Both the position numbers and the translations under genes were made by a program. DNA of 35,774 nucleotides, taken from Octopus bimaculoides (Eukaryota). Shown here one piece after another: positions 1 through 11,179 of this stretch (position 1 is its first letter; each line of letters starts with the position of its first letter). The stretch spans positions 124,750,875 through 124,786,648 of the forward strand of contig NC_068985.1 in NCBI RefSeq assembly GCF_001194135.2. The letters are read 5' to 3'. The notes beneath the pieces were generated by a model that saw nothing but the letters and a program-made list of their open reading frames with translations, was not told the origin of the DNA and did no database searches.

Positions 1-83
1 TATATGTATATATATAGAGAGAGTGTTAGGTGTGATGTACAGAAATTAAATATTGAGAAAAAAATCTTTTTATTTCTTCATTA

Positions 84-123
84 TTATTAGCACTTTCGTT
101 CATTTCTCGAACTTGTCAAATAA
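84..123 (-). ncRNA. Minimal type I hammerhead ribozyme-like motif, U3-A8 core variant (left arm copy)
   Basis: Minus strand reads TTAT-TTGACAA-GTTC(GAGAAAT)GAAC-GAAA-GTGC-TA-ATAA: stem I TTAT/ATAA, core UUGACAA, stem II GTTC/GAAC, GAAA, short stem III, CUA triplet. Confidence 0.6.
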
Positions 124-360
124 AATTTTGTAAATGTACAAACAGCTTGTTCATTTATATAAAACAGATGTTTTTGGGGGTTTTGTTTAGAAGAAGAAAA
201 CCTTGTCTATCAACCTATCTACCTACCTAAATTTCCATCTATCCATCTTCATTGTCAATGGAACCTCACCTCAAAAAACAATGTTCTCTTCTTCTAAATA
301 AAACCCCCCAAAACATCTGTTTTATATAAACGAACAAGCTGTTCGTACATTCACAAAATT

Positions 361-406
361 TTATTTGACAAGTTCAAGAAACGAACGAAAACGCTAAGAA
401 ATAAAA
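361..406 (+). ncRNA. Minimal type I hammerhead ribozyme-like motif, U3-A8 core variant (right arm copy)
   Basis: TTAT-TTGACAA(365-371)-GTTC(AAGAAAC)GAAC-GAAA(387-390)-ACGC-TA-AGAAATAAAA. Stem I is disturbed by a deletion relative to the left-arm copy. Confidence 0.55.
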
Positions 407-510
407 AGATTTTTTTCCAAAATTATGACGACTTTTTTTGTCAATATTCAATTTCTGTACATCACACCTAACACTCTATATATATCTTCTTGGAGGTACA
501 AGACGCCAGA

Positions 511-1446
511 ATGAATGGATCTCAATCAAACTCGCAGCCGAAAAACACCAAAGATACAGAAGAGCTTCTCACAGAAATATCTAATAAGTCAAACTTACTT
601 ACTTCAAGACTTGACACAATCTTCACCAATGCAGATAAAACTGTGAATTACAACCATACCGAAGGTACTCTAACAACAGAGATGAACAACAAGAAAGTAG
701 CAAGAATTGAGATACAACAACAAAATCACTTGAAACCACATCTCTGGAAGAAACTTCTTAATCAACGGAAACTTGCATACTGGAAAAGCATTCGATGTAA
801 CAATATAGCAAACACCTACCAGAATTGGTGAAGCAAAGAAAACCCAATCCTGCCCAGAAAATTTCTTATTAAGGAAATAAGAAGTGAATCACTGGAAGCG
901 ACAACGATACATACGAATTTAGCTTTATGCTGACTAGAAGCAGAAATTGCTCTTCTGCAATCACGAAAAATTCGACATGAAGAGAAAGTAAAAAATATTG
1001 ACGCAGTTATGTTTGCTGAAATTGCTGAGTGGAGTGACAATCAATGTCATGAAAAACTACAAAAACCATGGAAAGAAGACACAAATCGGGGAGAAGAAAA
1101 ATCCATAAAAATGTTGAAAAAAAACAAGAGTGGTTCACTAACTATGAAAAAAACTATGGAGAAAAATCCGTTATGAAAACGAAACCACAACAACAAAAAA
1201 TATGAGGAAATTGAAAACAAACATAGACACCAACCCCAGAGGAACCGGACTAAGGTATCGAACCCCTAATTACCCAAGAACATACGCGGAAATGACCTCC
1301 AACTCACCCCAAGTACAGACCAGAAACTCATATTCTACAATACAAAATACTGCAAATAGCCAACACATGAAATATAGAAGACAACGATCACCCCATAATT
1401 TCAAACACAACAGATGGATAAATACAAAGGAAAAGAGACATGAAAG

Positions 1447-1450
<4 letters not shown>
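511..1450 (+). pseudogene. Decayed ORF start, probably the N-terminal region of a Penelope-like retroelement protein
   Basis: Frame +1 from ATG 511 reads through two stops (TGA 829-831, TGA 931-933): ...WKKLLNQRKLAYWKSIRCNNIANTYQNW*SKENPILPRKFLIKEI...LEAEIALLQSRKIRHEEKVKNID...WKEDTNRGEEKSIKM. A frameshift in the A-run near 1120 continues as KKQEWFTNY, and the sequence ends at (AT)n. Family assignment rests on recalled resemblance plus the adjacent HHR/inverted repeat. No RT motif is visible. Confidence 0.55.
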
Positions 1451-1490
<40 letters not shown>

Positions 1491-1510
1491 GTACGTGTGT
1501 GTGTGTGTAT
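1451..1510. repeat. (AT)n/(GT)n microsatellite
   Basis: Direct reading. Confidence 0.95.
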
Positions 1511-1969
1511 ACGCACAGGTACCATCAGGTGCGCTCGACAGGCAATAATCAAACCACATAAGTTTCACCTCTGATATTAATCGCAGTAAACACCCACCGT
1601 TGCTTGTACACACAAGTTTTAGTATTTAGTGCTGGGCTATGACGTAATACAAAGAGCACATCAATAATAATGAGAGAAAAGAACACGGGTATAACTTGCT
1701 ACTCCTTCATTCCAGTTGCTACATGTCATGTGTTGCCGGAACATACGTAACAATTAGAACAAAGATTTACCAAGTTATGTCCATGTTTTTTTCTGTTACA
1801 TACATCCATTCATCCATCCACACACACACACACACACACATTTTTTTTTATCAAAGCTGCAAAATTATCAGAAGACTGTTACCCAGAGTTTCACGTTTTC
1901 GAAATTTAATAAAAGTATATTAATCTACCTTCGGTATACGAGTACAGCTTTTCCTATTTATATGCTCAC

Positions 1970-1971
<2 letters not shown>

Positions 1972-2018
<47 letters not shown>
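1972..2018. repeat. (CA)n microsatellite
   Basis: Direct reading; abuts the left end of the maT element. Confidence 0.95.
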
Positions 2019-2021
<3 letters not shown>

Positions 2022-3306
2022 GGAGCGATGGGTAAATTGTCGCCATTTTATATTTTTAATTTTGCGCATGCACATTGTTTGTTTTTGATTTTGTCGACTA
2101 CTGTGTAGTAGGGTCAGTTGGGCACCGTCTGTGAGAAAAAAGCACCATGACGCAATTTACTTTGCTAGAAATTTGGATACGACATACTCTACTACTTGGC
2201 ATTCACCCCGGAAGCTCCAATACAAACATTTCAAAATGTTTGTGTGTCAACCTGAGGACAGTGCAGAGGATTCAGAAAAAAGTTAAATGAGTTTAATGGT
2301 GATTACGAAGGTACGGCAGCTCGGAAAACTCACTTTGATCGTTCTGATAAGAAAAGAACTCTTGAATTTGTTGAGATCCAGGCCATGATTGACAACAATC
2401 CCTCCAAGTCAATCAGGTCCATCGTCAGAGAAATGGGAGTGTCTGAGTTTCTTATCAGGCAGGTAGTGCTTGAAGATATTTGGTATTCCTCATACAAGAT
2501 GAGAAAGGGCCAATTTTTATCCCAAGCCATCAAGGACAAGAGGAAAGACCGCGCTACGAAGCTTTTGAACAAACTCAAGCATCCCCTCCAACCTAACATG
2601 CTTTGATTTTTCTCAGACGAGAAAAATTTCTACCAGAATCAAATGGTGAACACACAGGACAACAGTTGGCTTGTTGTGTCCCCAAAACATGTACGGAGAG
2701 TGATAAAAATCAAACATCCAGTTAACATCATGCTGTTTGGAGTGATCACTAGTGATGGCGAGGTTATGCCTCCATTCATCTTACCTCACGGCTTCACCAA
2801 CAGGGAGGCCTACGTCAAATCCTTGGGGGAGGTAGTGCTGTCCTGGGTCAAGATGGTGGAAGATCCTGTATCTGGCAACAGGACTCTGCACCATGCCACA
2901 CAAGCAGGAAAACCCAGTCGTGGCTGTCAGGCAATTTCTGCGACCACATCACCCCAAACGTCTGGCCACCTAACTCCCTAGACTGCAACCTCCTTAATTA
3001 TTATGTGTGGGGTGCAGTTGATCGAGAGACCAACAAAACTCCTTGTAACACCAAAGATAAACTGAAGGCAAGGATTATGTCAGCATTCACCAACTTAAAC
3101 AAGGAGACCACCCAGAAGAGTTGCAGGAGATTTCGAAGTCATCTGGAGGCTGTGGTTGAAACCAATGGCGATTTTGTTGAATATATTTACTCTTAGTATT
3201 TCAAGATATTTTTATGTAATTTTGGTAAATATATCTGTTAAAATGAGATGTCAGTGTTATTTTCATTTTTGCGTAATTTAGACGACAATTTAGTCACTGC
3301 ACCCTG
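2017..3306 (+). mobile_element. Decayed Tc1/mariner superfamily DNA transposon, DD37D (maT) family, ~1.29 kb
   Basis: Imperfect TIRs (left CAGAGGGAGCGATGGGTAAATTGTCG; right reverse complement CAGGGTGCAGTGACTAAATTGTCG) flank a frameshifted transposase. Confidence 0.85.
2147..3196 (+). pseudogene. maT (DD37D) transposase pseudogene
   Basis: Motifs FFSDEK, WQQDSAPCH and WPPNSLDCNLLNYYVWG. There are 37 residues between the second D and the third catalytic position, which is mutated to N (AAT). It carries an in-frame TGA near 2604 and frameshifts near 2280 and 2860. Confidence 0.9.
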
Positions 3307-3319
3307 CATATATTTAAAC

Positions 3320-3521
3320 CCGAGGAGGTGCTGAAAATTTCCTGACTTTGGGCAAAAGAAAATACAGGATGATCAGTTAATTTAATTATCATTTTCTTCA
3401 ACGCATTCCCCTCTCAGATTCACACACCTATTGGATCGGTCCTTCAGTTTTTCTAAGCCGAGAAAGCCAGGCCTTTCGAGATTCCCTTGAAATCAGAAGC
3501 TTTTCAGTACTCTACCCTGGG
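3320..3521. mobile_element. ~200-bp Tc1/mariner-type MITE, copy A
   Basis: Ends CGAGGAGGTGCTGAAAATTTCCTGACTTT ... GAAATCAGAAGCTTTTCAGTAC are imperfect TIRs. The interior (AAAAGAAAATACAGGATGATCAGTTAAT...CCTTCAGTTTTTCTAAGCC) is shared with 34356-34558 and 34826-35046. Confidence 0.8.

Positions 3522-3572
<51 letters not shown>
3522..3572. repeat. (TATG)n microsatellite
   Basis: Direct reading. Confidence 0.95.
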
Positions 3573-3577
<5 letters not shown>

Positions 3578-3705
3578 TATATATGTGCATGAACATATGC
3601 GTAAAAATATACATACGCATTTATACATACTTTGGTGGAATAAACATTAAATCAAATGAAAGGAGGATTAAAATCTGTTACGAGACTCTACTTTCTTGCT
3701 ATTAT

Positions 3706-4386
3706 NNNNNNNNNNNNNNNNNNNNNNNNNNNNNNNNNNNNNNNNNNNNNNNNNNNNNNNNNNNNNNNNNNNNNNNNNNNNNNNNNNNNNNNNNNNNNNN
3801 NNNNNNNNNNNNNNNNNNNNNNNNNNNNNNNNNNNNNNNNNNNNNNNNNNNNNNNNNNNNNNNNNNNNNNNNNNNNNNNNNNNNNNNNNNNNNNNNNNNN
3901 NNNNNNNNNNNNNNNNNNNNNNNNNNNNNNNNNNNNNNNNNNNNNNNNNNNNNNNNNNNNNNNNNNNNNNNNNNNNNNNNNNNNNNNNNNNNNNNNNNNN
4001 NNNNNNNNNNNNNNNNNNNNNNNNNNNNNNNNNNNNNNNNNNNNNNNNNNNNNNNNNNNNNNNNNNNNNNNNNNNNNNNNNNNNNNNNNNNNNNNNNNNN
4101 NNNNNNNNNNNNNNNNNNNNNNNNNNNNNNNNNNNNNNNNNNNNNNNNNNNNNNNNNNNNNNNNNNNNNNNNNNNNNNNNNNNNNNNNNNNNNNNNNNNN
4201 NNNNNNNNNNNNNNNNNNNNNNNNNNNNNNNNNNNNNNNNNNNNNNNNNNNNNNNNNNNNNNNNNNNNNNNNNNNNNNNNNNNNNNNNNNNNNNNNNNNN
4301 NNNNNNNNNNNNNNNNNNNNNNNNNNNNNNNNNNNNNNNNNNNNNNNNNNNNNNNNNNNNNNNNNNNNNNNNNNNNNNNNNNNNNN
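3706..4386. other. Assembly gap (N). Other gaps: 4923-5269, 7625-7761, 9971-10239, 15894-16157, 18326-18792, 20669-21270, 26957-26989, 28342-28636, 29161-29170, 31028-31287, 32579-32893
   Basis: Runs of n, most flanked by microsatellites. Confidence 0.99.
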
Positions 4387-4416
4387 AAACTAATGAACCA
4401 ATCTGTCTGTGTCGCC

Positions 4417-4500
<84 letters not shown>

Positions 4501-4780
4501 GTCTATCTATCTGTCTATCTATCTGTCTCTGCCTGTCTTTATACCAAGAACATATAAGAGCGTATGAACCCCCCACCTCCACACGCACGCACGCACGCAC
4601 ACACACACACATGCGCATGCACACATACATAGTGCACTTGCACATATAAACACACGCACACACACACACACATACACACACACACACGCACGCGCGCACC
4701 TCCCCAACACGTACATACACACATACGCACATACACGTGCACACCCACGCGCGTACACACATACGTACCTCCGCACCCAT
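4417..4780. repeat. (ATCT)n followed by compound (CA)/(CACG) microsatellites
   Basis: Direct reading. Confidence 0.95.
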
Positions 4781-5269
4781 ATTTATTTTCCTCAGCGATT
4801 CATAAGTCTCTTTAGCATTTAAATTATACAGCGTTTTTACTTCTTATTTTGTTGCAATTTATATATGTATATATATATATGTATATATATATATTTGTGT
4901 ATATATATATTATATATATATANNNNNNNNNNNNNNNNNNNNNNNNNNNNNNNNNNNNNNNNNNNNNNNNNNNNNNNNNNNNNNNNNNNNNNNNNNNNNN
5001 NNNNNNNNNNNNNNNNNNNNNNNNNNNNNNNNNNNNNNNNNNNNNNNNNNNNNNNNNNNNNNNNNNNNNNNNNNNNNNNNNNNNNNNNNNNNNNNNNNNN
5101 NNNNNNNNNNNNNNNNNNNNNNNNNNNNNNNNNNNNNNNNNNNNNNNNNNNNNNNNNNNNNNNNNNNNNNNNNNNNNNNNNNNNNNNNNNNNNNNNNNNN
5201 NNNNNNNNNNNNNNNNNNNNNNNNNNNNNNNNNNNNNNNNNNNNNNNNNNNNNNNNNNNNNNNNNNNNN

Positions 5270-5313
<44 letters not shown>

Positions 5314-5378
5314 CATGTATGTATGTATGTACGTATATACATGTATCTATGTACGCTTATTGTATATGAAGAAAATGT

Positions 5379-5416
<38 letters not shown>

Positions 5417-7243
5417 CACACACACACACATATGTTTATTATATATGAGGAAAATGTCATTTTCCTGCAAGTCCTACAAATGGCACCGTATAACAAATAA
5501 TCAATCATATAATTCCAAAGAAAAAACATAATAATGTGAAAATATAGAATATGTTGGAGCCCTTCTGGCCATACCGCAATGTGCGAAAGTTTCAAGCAAT
5601 CTAAATCTATAGGCTCAGTTGCAAGCTTGCCAAGGTATAGAAGGCCAAACAGTTTTAGTGAAACACAGCCATCTGGAACTCTTCAGCTACTTAACTTCTT
5701 ACTCCAAACCTCAGAATTTCGTGACATGAAGACTAAATTTTAACAAGAAGCCACCTGCAGAAATTCGTTCATTCGGTACAGATCGGTCCTTAATTACCAA
5801 TGCTAAGACCAGCTACTTAAAAAAACCCTCCAAAACGAAGAAAACTAAATAATACAAACACACACACACACACATGTGTAATTGTATTAAGACGGAATAA
5901 ATATATCGTCTGTAGTTTTCTTGGTACCGTGAGCGCATGCGCTGAATAAAACTGGAGAGTAAAATAGGAGAATCATTTGCATATTAAAAATTAACAGCCG
6001 ATGAAATCACACGCTACAGTTCATTCCGAACCCCCCCTCTCTCTCTCTCTATCTATCTATACACATCCATTAAAGTAATAATATATATGCTTGCAATGTT
6101 ATTACCAGTTCAAATATGCTTGTGGCTGGTTCGAACTCGTAAGCAAGCCATTCATTGTGTTTTGTAATGGAGTTTTAAGTCTATTTACATCATATGTCTA
6201 CAGCGAGAAATTTTCTCCATGACAAAACACAGTGAATGGCCACAAGTATATTTGAACTGGTAATAACATTGCATTTATACACAACACTGCTTAGCGCTTT
6301 CACCCCGTGATATATATGTTGTCAAGCAGACATTCTCGTTGTTATTGTTACAGTTGTTATTGTTACATAATACATACATACATGATTGTAACTCCGGAAT
6401 TTTACCGCATTTGGCTTCATCAAACTGTAATATTTTTAGTTTTTCATGTCTTTTATATATTTTGGTTCATCCTATGGGTGGGTTTTAGTGGCTGTTATGT
6501 AAGTGTATTTTTGTCGAATATGAGAATACATTTCTTTGGATTGTTTGATGGGTGAGTCAAAAGAAAGAATTGTAAGTATTCATGTATGTATATGTTGGGT
6601 TATTCTCGAGTAGTACTAGTAACACGTAGTCCTGCATATGGCTGGGTCGTCGGCAATTAAACCGGTTCTTCACTAAGCTATTCTTGTGAAGAGGCTTGCC
6701 TTGCTAGAAACCCAGCTGGATAAAAGAGCAACACACCTCAAAAGGATGAATGAAACTCGTGTTGGGTCAACGACGAATTGCACAGGCACATAGAAACACT
6801 GGCGGCGGTGAACGAGTGGGCTGCAAGGTTGCTTGGGAGTGATGAAGCACTAGTACTTGGTAGAACATTTCTGTGACAGAAGGAATCTAGGATGTAAAAC
6901 ATGAGGATCTTGCAGCTAGACTAGTTTGTCTAATGCTCGAACTGGCTGGCAATCAAGGCTGTAATCTTCTCTTTGCGGGTAATATTCAAGAAATCTACAA
7001 CTTAACAATAAGTGGTCGCACCGGACAAGAGTTAGCTTACACCATATATGTATGTATGCATGTATGTATGTATGTATGTATATATGTATGTATGTATGTA
7101 TGCATGTACGGATGAATGGATGGATGGATGGATGGATGAATGGTTGTATGTATATATGTATGTGCATGTATGTATAGTTGTATGTCCGTCTGTCGGCATG
7201 TCTGACTGTTTCTCTCTCGTTCATTCTCTATTTATATATATTT

Positions 7244-7620
7244 ATGCTGGTGTGTTTACGTTCCCGTGCCTTAGCGGTCCGGCAAGAGAAACCGATAGAA
7301 TAATTACCGGGCATTAAAAAAATAGGTATTAGGGTCGATTCATTCGACTAAAGATTCCTTCAAGGCGACGCCACAGAATTCTTCTCTACTCTAGGCACAA
7401 GGCCCAAAATCTTTGGGGAGGGTGGGGTGGCACTCGATTAGATCGACCCCCGTACGCAACTGGTACTTAAGGATGAAAGGCAAAGTCGACCTCGGAGGAA
7501 TCTGAACTCAGAACGTAAAGACAGACGAAATACCGCTAAGATTTCACCCGGCGCGCTAACGTTTCTGCCAGCCGGCCGCCTTAAGCCACAGTCAAATGAC
7601 TGAAACAAATAAAAGATAAA
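7244..7620 (+). mobile_element. 3' half of a SINE (family C here), split by a second SINE inserted at 7377-7582
   Basis: GCTGGTGTGTTTACGTTCCCG...GATAGAATAA...GGGTCGATTCATTCGACTAAAG...AAGGCG | GCCACAGTCAAATGACTGAAACAAATAAAAGA matches the 3' halves at 13670-13843 and 34559-34724. Confidence 0.8.
7377..7582 (-). mobile_element. Full-length tRNA-derived SINE (family A here)
   Basis: Minus strand: AAGGCGGCCGGCTGGCAGAAACGTTAG (A-box-like)...CTGAGTTCAGATTCC (B-box-like)...GAGGTCGACTTTGCCTTTCATCC...GGGGTCGATCTAATCGA...CCTTGTGCCTAGAGTAGAGAAGAA. Confidence 0.85.
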
Positions 7621-7837
7621 GGATNNNNNNNNNNNNNNNNNNNNNNNNNNNNNNNNNNNNNNNNNNNNNNNNNNNNNNNNNNNNNNNNNNNNNNNNNNNN
7701 NNNNNNNNNNNNNNNNNNNNNNNNNNNNNNNNNNNNNNNNNNNNNNNNNNNNNNNNNNNNNTATATATATATATATATATATCCTTTATTCTTTCCTTTT
7801 TATTCGTTTCAATCATTAGATTGCGGCCAGACTCTGT

Positions 7838-7878
<41 letters not shown>

Positions 7879-8006
7879 CACACATACACACGTGTGTGTG
7901 TGTGTATGAATTTATTACAAACATGTGCCAAAAGTCATCTATGTCGAAGCAACGTGTATTCACCTATGATAGTACCGAGATGAATATATACACATACATA
8001 TATATA

Positions 8007-9250
8007 TTGAGTCATCCCATAAATAATGCGTTTTTTTCAATTGCATGAACTAACGTCAGAGGGGGACGGGATAAACTACCTGCATCAACTTGCTATAAAA
8101 ACAAGTTGTAATTTTATCTTGTCATTATTTTTAGTGCAAGTTTTAAAGAGTGCAGTTCGATTTTAAGTTATTTTTTCAAAGCTCTAATGGAAGTGACAAA
8201 GGAGCATATTCGGCATATTTTGCTTTATGAGTTTAATAAAGACAACAACGCAATGGAAAGTGCAAGGAATATTAATGCAGTATATGGGGATCGGACAATA
8301 AGCGTAAGCCAGTGTCAACAGTTTATCCAGAAATTCCGAACCGGAGACTACAGCCTAGAAGACGTGCCTTGTCCTGGAAGATCTATAGATCTTGATTAGG
8401 ACGTCCTCCAAACCCTGGTGAAGCAAAATCCCATCCTAACTTTTGAAGAACTAGCAGAGCAGCTTGGATTTGGTCATTCAACCATTCATCGAATCCTGCA
8501 TGCTATCGGAAAAGTCAGCAAATTGGGTCAATGGGTTCCTCACAAACTTTCCGAGACCAATCGCGCCCAGAGAGTGAATGTGTGCTCTTTTTTTGCTGTC
8601 ACGTCTCACAAAGGAACCTTTTTTGGACCGAATAGTGACTGGTGACGAGAAATGGGTTCTCTATAAAAATGTCAAGCGCCGAAGACAGTGGGTAAGGAAA
8701 GGAGAAACGCCGGCACCCCAGGCTAAAGAAGGTTTTCACCCACGTAAGGTGTTGTTATCCGTTTGGTGGGATATGAAAAGTTTAGTCTTTAAACATTTAA
8801 ATCCCAACCAAACGATAACAAAGAAGATTTACTGCAAGCAGCTCGAGCGGCTTAAGTTAGCACTAGAAGAAAAGCGACCATCTTTGAACGAGCATCAGGA
8901 TAATGCTCAGCCACATACAGAGAGGATGACATTCCAAAGGCTGAAACAGTTTGAATGGGAAACGATGCCCCACCCACCATATTCGCCGGACATTGCCCCA
9001 TCTGGTCATCATTTATTCCGCAGTCACAAAATCATTTGAACGGAAAAAATATAAATTCTGTAGACGAGGTCAAAAGAGTACTGGAGGAGTATTTTTCGTC
9101 ACAGACAAGTGAATTTTGGAAAAGGGGACCAGAAAGATGGAAAAGCATTGTAGAAAATGAAGGAGAGTATATTTTAGATTAAAAAAGCACTTTGTTATTC
9201 TTAATTTTGAAAAATAAAAGTATAAAAATACCGCATTATTTATGAGACAA
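8007..9250 (+). mobile_element. Decayed mariner (DD34D) transposon, ~1.24 kb
   Basis: TA-flanked. Left TIR TTGAGTCATCCCATAAATAATGCG; right TIR CGCATTATTTATGAGACAA is partially deleted. Internal transposase present. Confidence 0.9.
8187..9182 (+). pseudogene. Mariner transposase pseudogene
   Basis: MEVTKEHIRHILLYEF..., WVPHKLSE, IVTGDEKW, HQDNAQPH, HPPYSPDIAPSG. Spacing is 34 residues, with the third D mutated to G (GGT 9004-9006). TAG at 8397-8399; frameshifts near 8590 and 9030. Confidence 0.93.
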
Positions 9251-9503
9251 TATACATATATATATATATGATAATATAAATACGTAATATATAAATATAT
9301 GCATATATCCATACATATATGTACATACCTACATCTATATGTATACATACATGCATATATGGGTACAGGACATCAAGAAAAACGTTAAATACAATGAGAA
9401 ACGAAAACATAAAGACGAAAACAGAAAACGAACTTTTTGCGAACAACGAAAAAAAACAGAGAAACGAGACATGCAACATAAAGGATAAAAGATATATATA
9501 TAT

Positions 9504-9602
9504 CTTTTATCCTTTATCTTTTGTTTGTTTCAGTCATAATACCGTGGCCATGCTGGGGCACTGCCTTGAGGAATTCCTAGTCGAATGGATTGACTCCAAT
9601 AG
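9504..9602 (-). mobile_element. SINE family C 3' end fragment
   Basis: Reverse complement of ...TCGACTAGGAATTCCTCAAGGCAGTGCCCCAGCATGGCCACGG...ATGACTGAAACAAACAAAAGATAAAGG. Confidence 0.75.
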
Positions 9603-10916
9603 TACAGTGAAATTTGCGATTTATGGTGTCATAAGAAGAGATCACCGAAGTTGGTCGGAGTTGCAACAGAATATAATGACCGCATGATGTATGTATGTAT
9701 ATATGTATGTATGTATCAATTTTTGCCAGTATTAGTGTCAACAAACAAAATTAAATTAAAACTCAACGGTACTGAGTATTTTTGATTCTGTATAACCATC
9801 TTATGTGTGTGTGTGTGTGTGTGTGCATGCTTGTGTGTGTGTATGTGTGCGTATACTGGTATACATGTCTATTTAATTGCTCATATACATATATATGTTT
9901 ATACGCGTGTATATGAATGTATATATACACAAATACACATATTAAATATATATATATATATATATATATANNNNNNNNNNNNNNNNNNNNNNNNNNNNNN
10001 NNNNNNNNNNNNNNNNNNNNNNNNNNNNNNNNNNNNNNNNNNNNNNNNNNNNNNNNNNNNNNNNNNNNNNNNNNNNNNNNNNNNNNNNNNNNNNNNNNNN
10101 NNNNNNNNNNNNNNNNNNNNNNNNNNNNNNNNNNNNNNNNNNNNNNNNNNNNNNNNNNNNNNNNNNNNNNNNNNNNNNNNNNNNNNNNNNNNNNNNNNNN
10201 NNNNNNNNNNNNNNNNNNNNNNNNNNNNNNNNNNNNNNNGTGTAGGCATGTATATATATGTATGTATATTTGAAAAGATAAAGGGGATTGAGAGAAAGTA
10301 ATCTATACGCAAGCAGTTATTAAGGAACTGTTGATCAAAGAAATCATTAAATTAAAAGTAAACCCTCTCTCACCTCCGTTGATCACCATTTATGTGTACA
10401 TGTGTATGTGTGTGTATGCGTGAGTGTTTATGTGTGTGTTTGTGAGTGTGTATGTACGTAATTGAATTAATTGGGGACAATTTTGTCCTGTCACCGGTTG
10501 AGTTATTATTTTGATGATTAAATATGAATCGAAGAAAACGGGAAAAGGGATTCAGAAATGGGGTGGAGGATGTGGTGTTGGTGATAATATACGAGGATCG
10601 GAAAGGAAAGGGAAAAGACAGGGTGTAAGTGGGAGAATATTTGCTGAAGAAATATAAAGAAAGGGTCGTTCTGGAACTGAGGTTAAATTGGCGTATCATA
10701 ATTTGAAAACAAGTATTAAAAGGAAAATATAAACGGATGGAAAACGGGTGAGAGATTCTTTGAAGAGCGAAGAAAGAAAGACAAAAGACAAACGACAAAC
10801 AGCAAAAGAAAGAAAGAAAGAAATGAATAAAAAGAAATGGAAGAGAAATGGAGGAGGATGTTGACAAAGAGAGGAGTCTGTTTTTGTTAATAATTTAATT
10901 GAACCGTTTGACAGTA

Positions 10917-10918
<2 letters not shown>

Positions 10919-10979
<61 letters not shown>

Positions 10980-11148
10980 CATATACATACATAGACATAC
11001 ACACACATGCATACTTACATATATACACACCTACATACAAAGGCGAATGTACACGTACATACATACATAATGCATACATACACCCATGCATACAAAAACG
11101 GATATATAAGTACATACATATATACAGACGCATACATACATGCATACA

Positions 11149-11177
<29 letters not shown>
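10919..11177. repeat. (CA)n and (TACA)n microsatellites
   Basis: Direct reading. Confidence 0.9.

Positions 11178-11179
<2 letters not shown>

Larger units (their letters stand above)
20..477. repeat. Long imperfect inverted repeat (arms ~20-202 and ~284-477, ~80-nt spacer); probable inverted pseudo-LTR of a Penelope-like element
   Basis: Left arm AGAGTGTTAGGTGTGATGTACAGAAATT...TTTAGAAGAAGA is the reverse complement of right arm TCTTCTTCTAAA...AATTTCTGTACATCACACCTAACACTCT, with scattered substitutions and two indels. Each arm carries a hammerhead-like motif and the right arm directly precedes an ORF. Confidence 0.9.

Noticed and set aside
3487-5500. Long ORF-track entries spanning N runs (also 9807-10312, 15691-16243, 18142-19007, 28181-29462, 30824-31554, 32503-32983)
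   Set aside because: They stay open only because N and microsatellite codons (YI, CV, HT, LSIY) contain no stops; no coding evidence.
6610-7045. Slightly GC-richer non-microsatellite block with short ORFs
   Set aside because: No recognisable protein motif, TIR, TSD or tail. It may be an old retroelement UTR but this cannot be supported.
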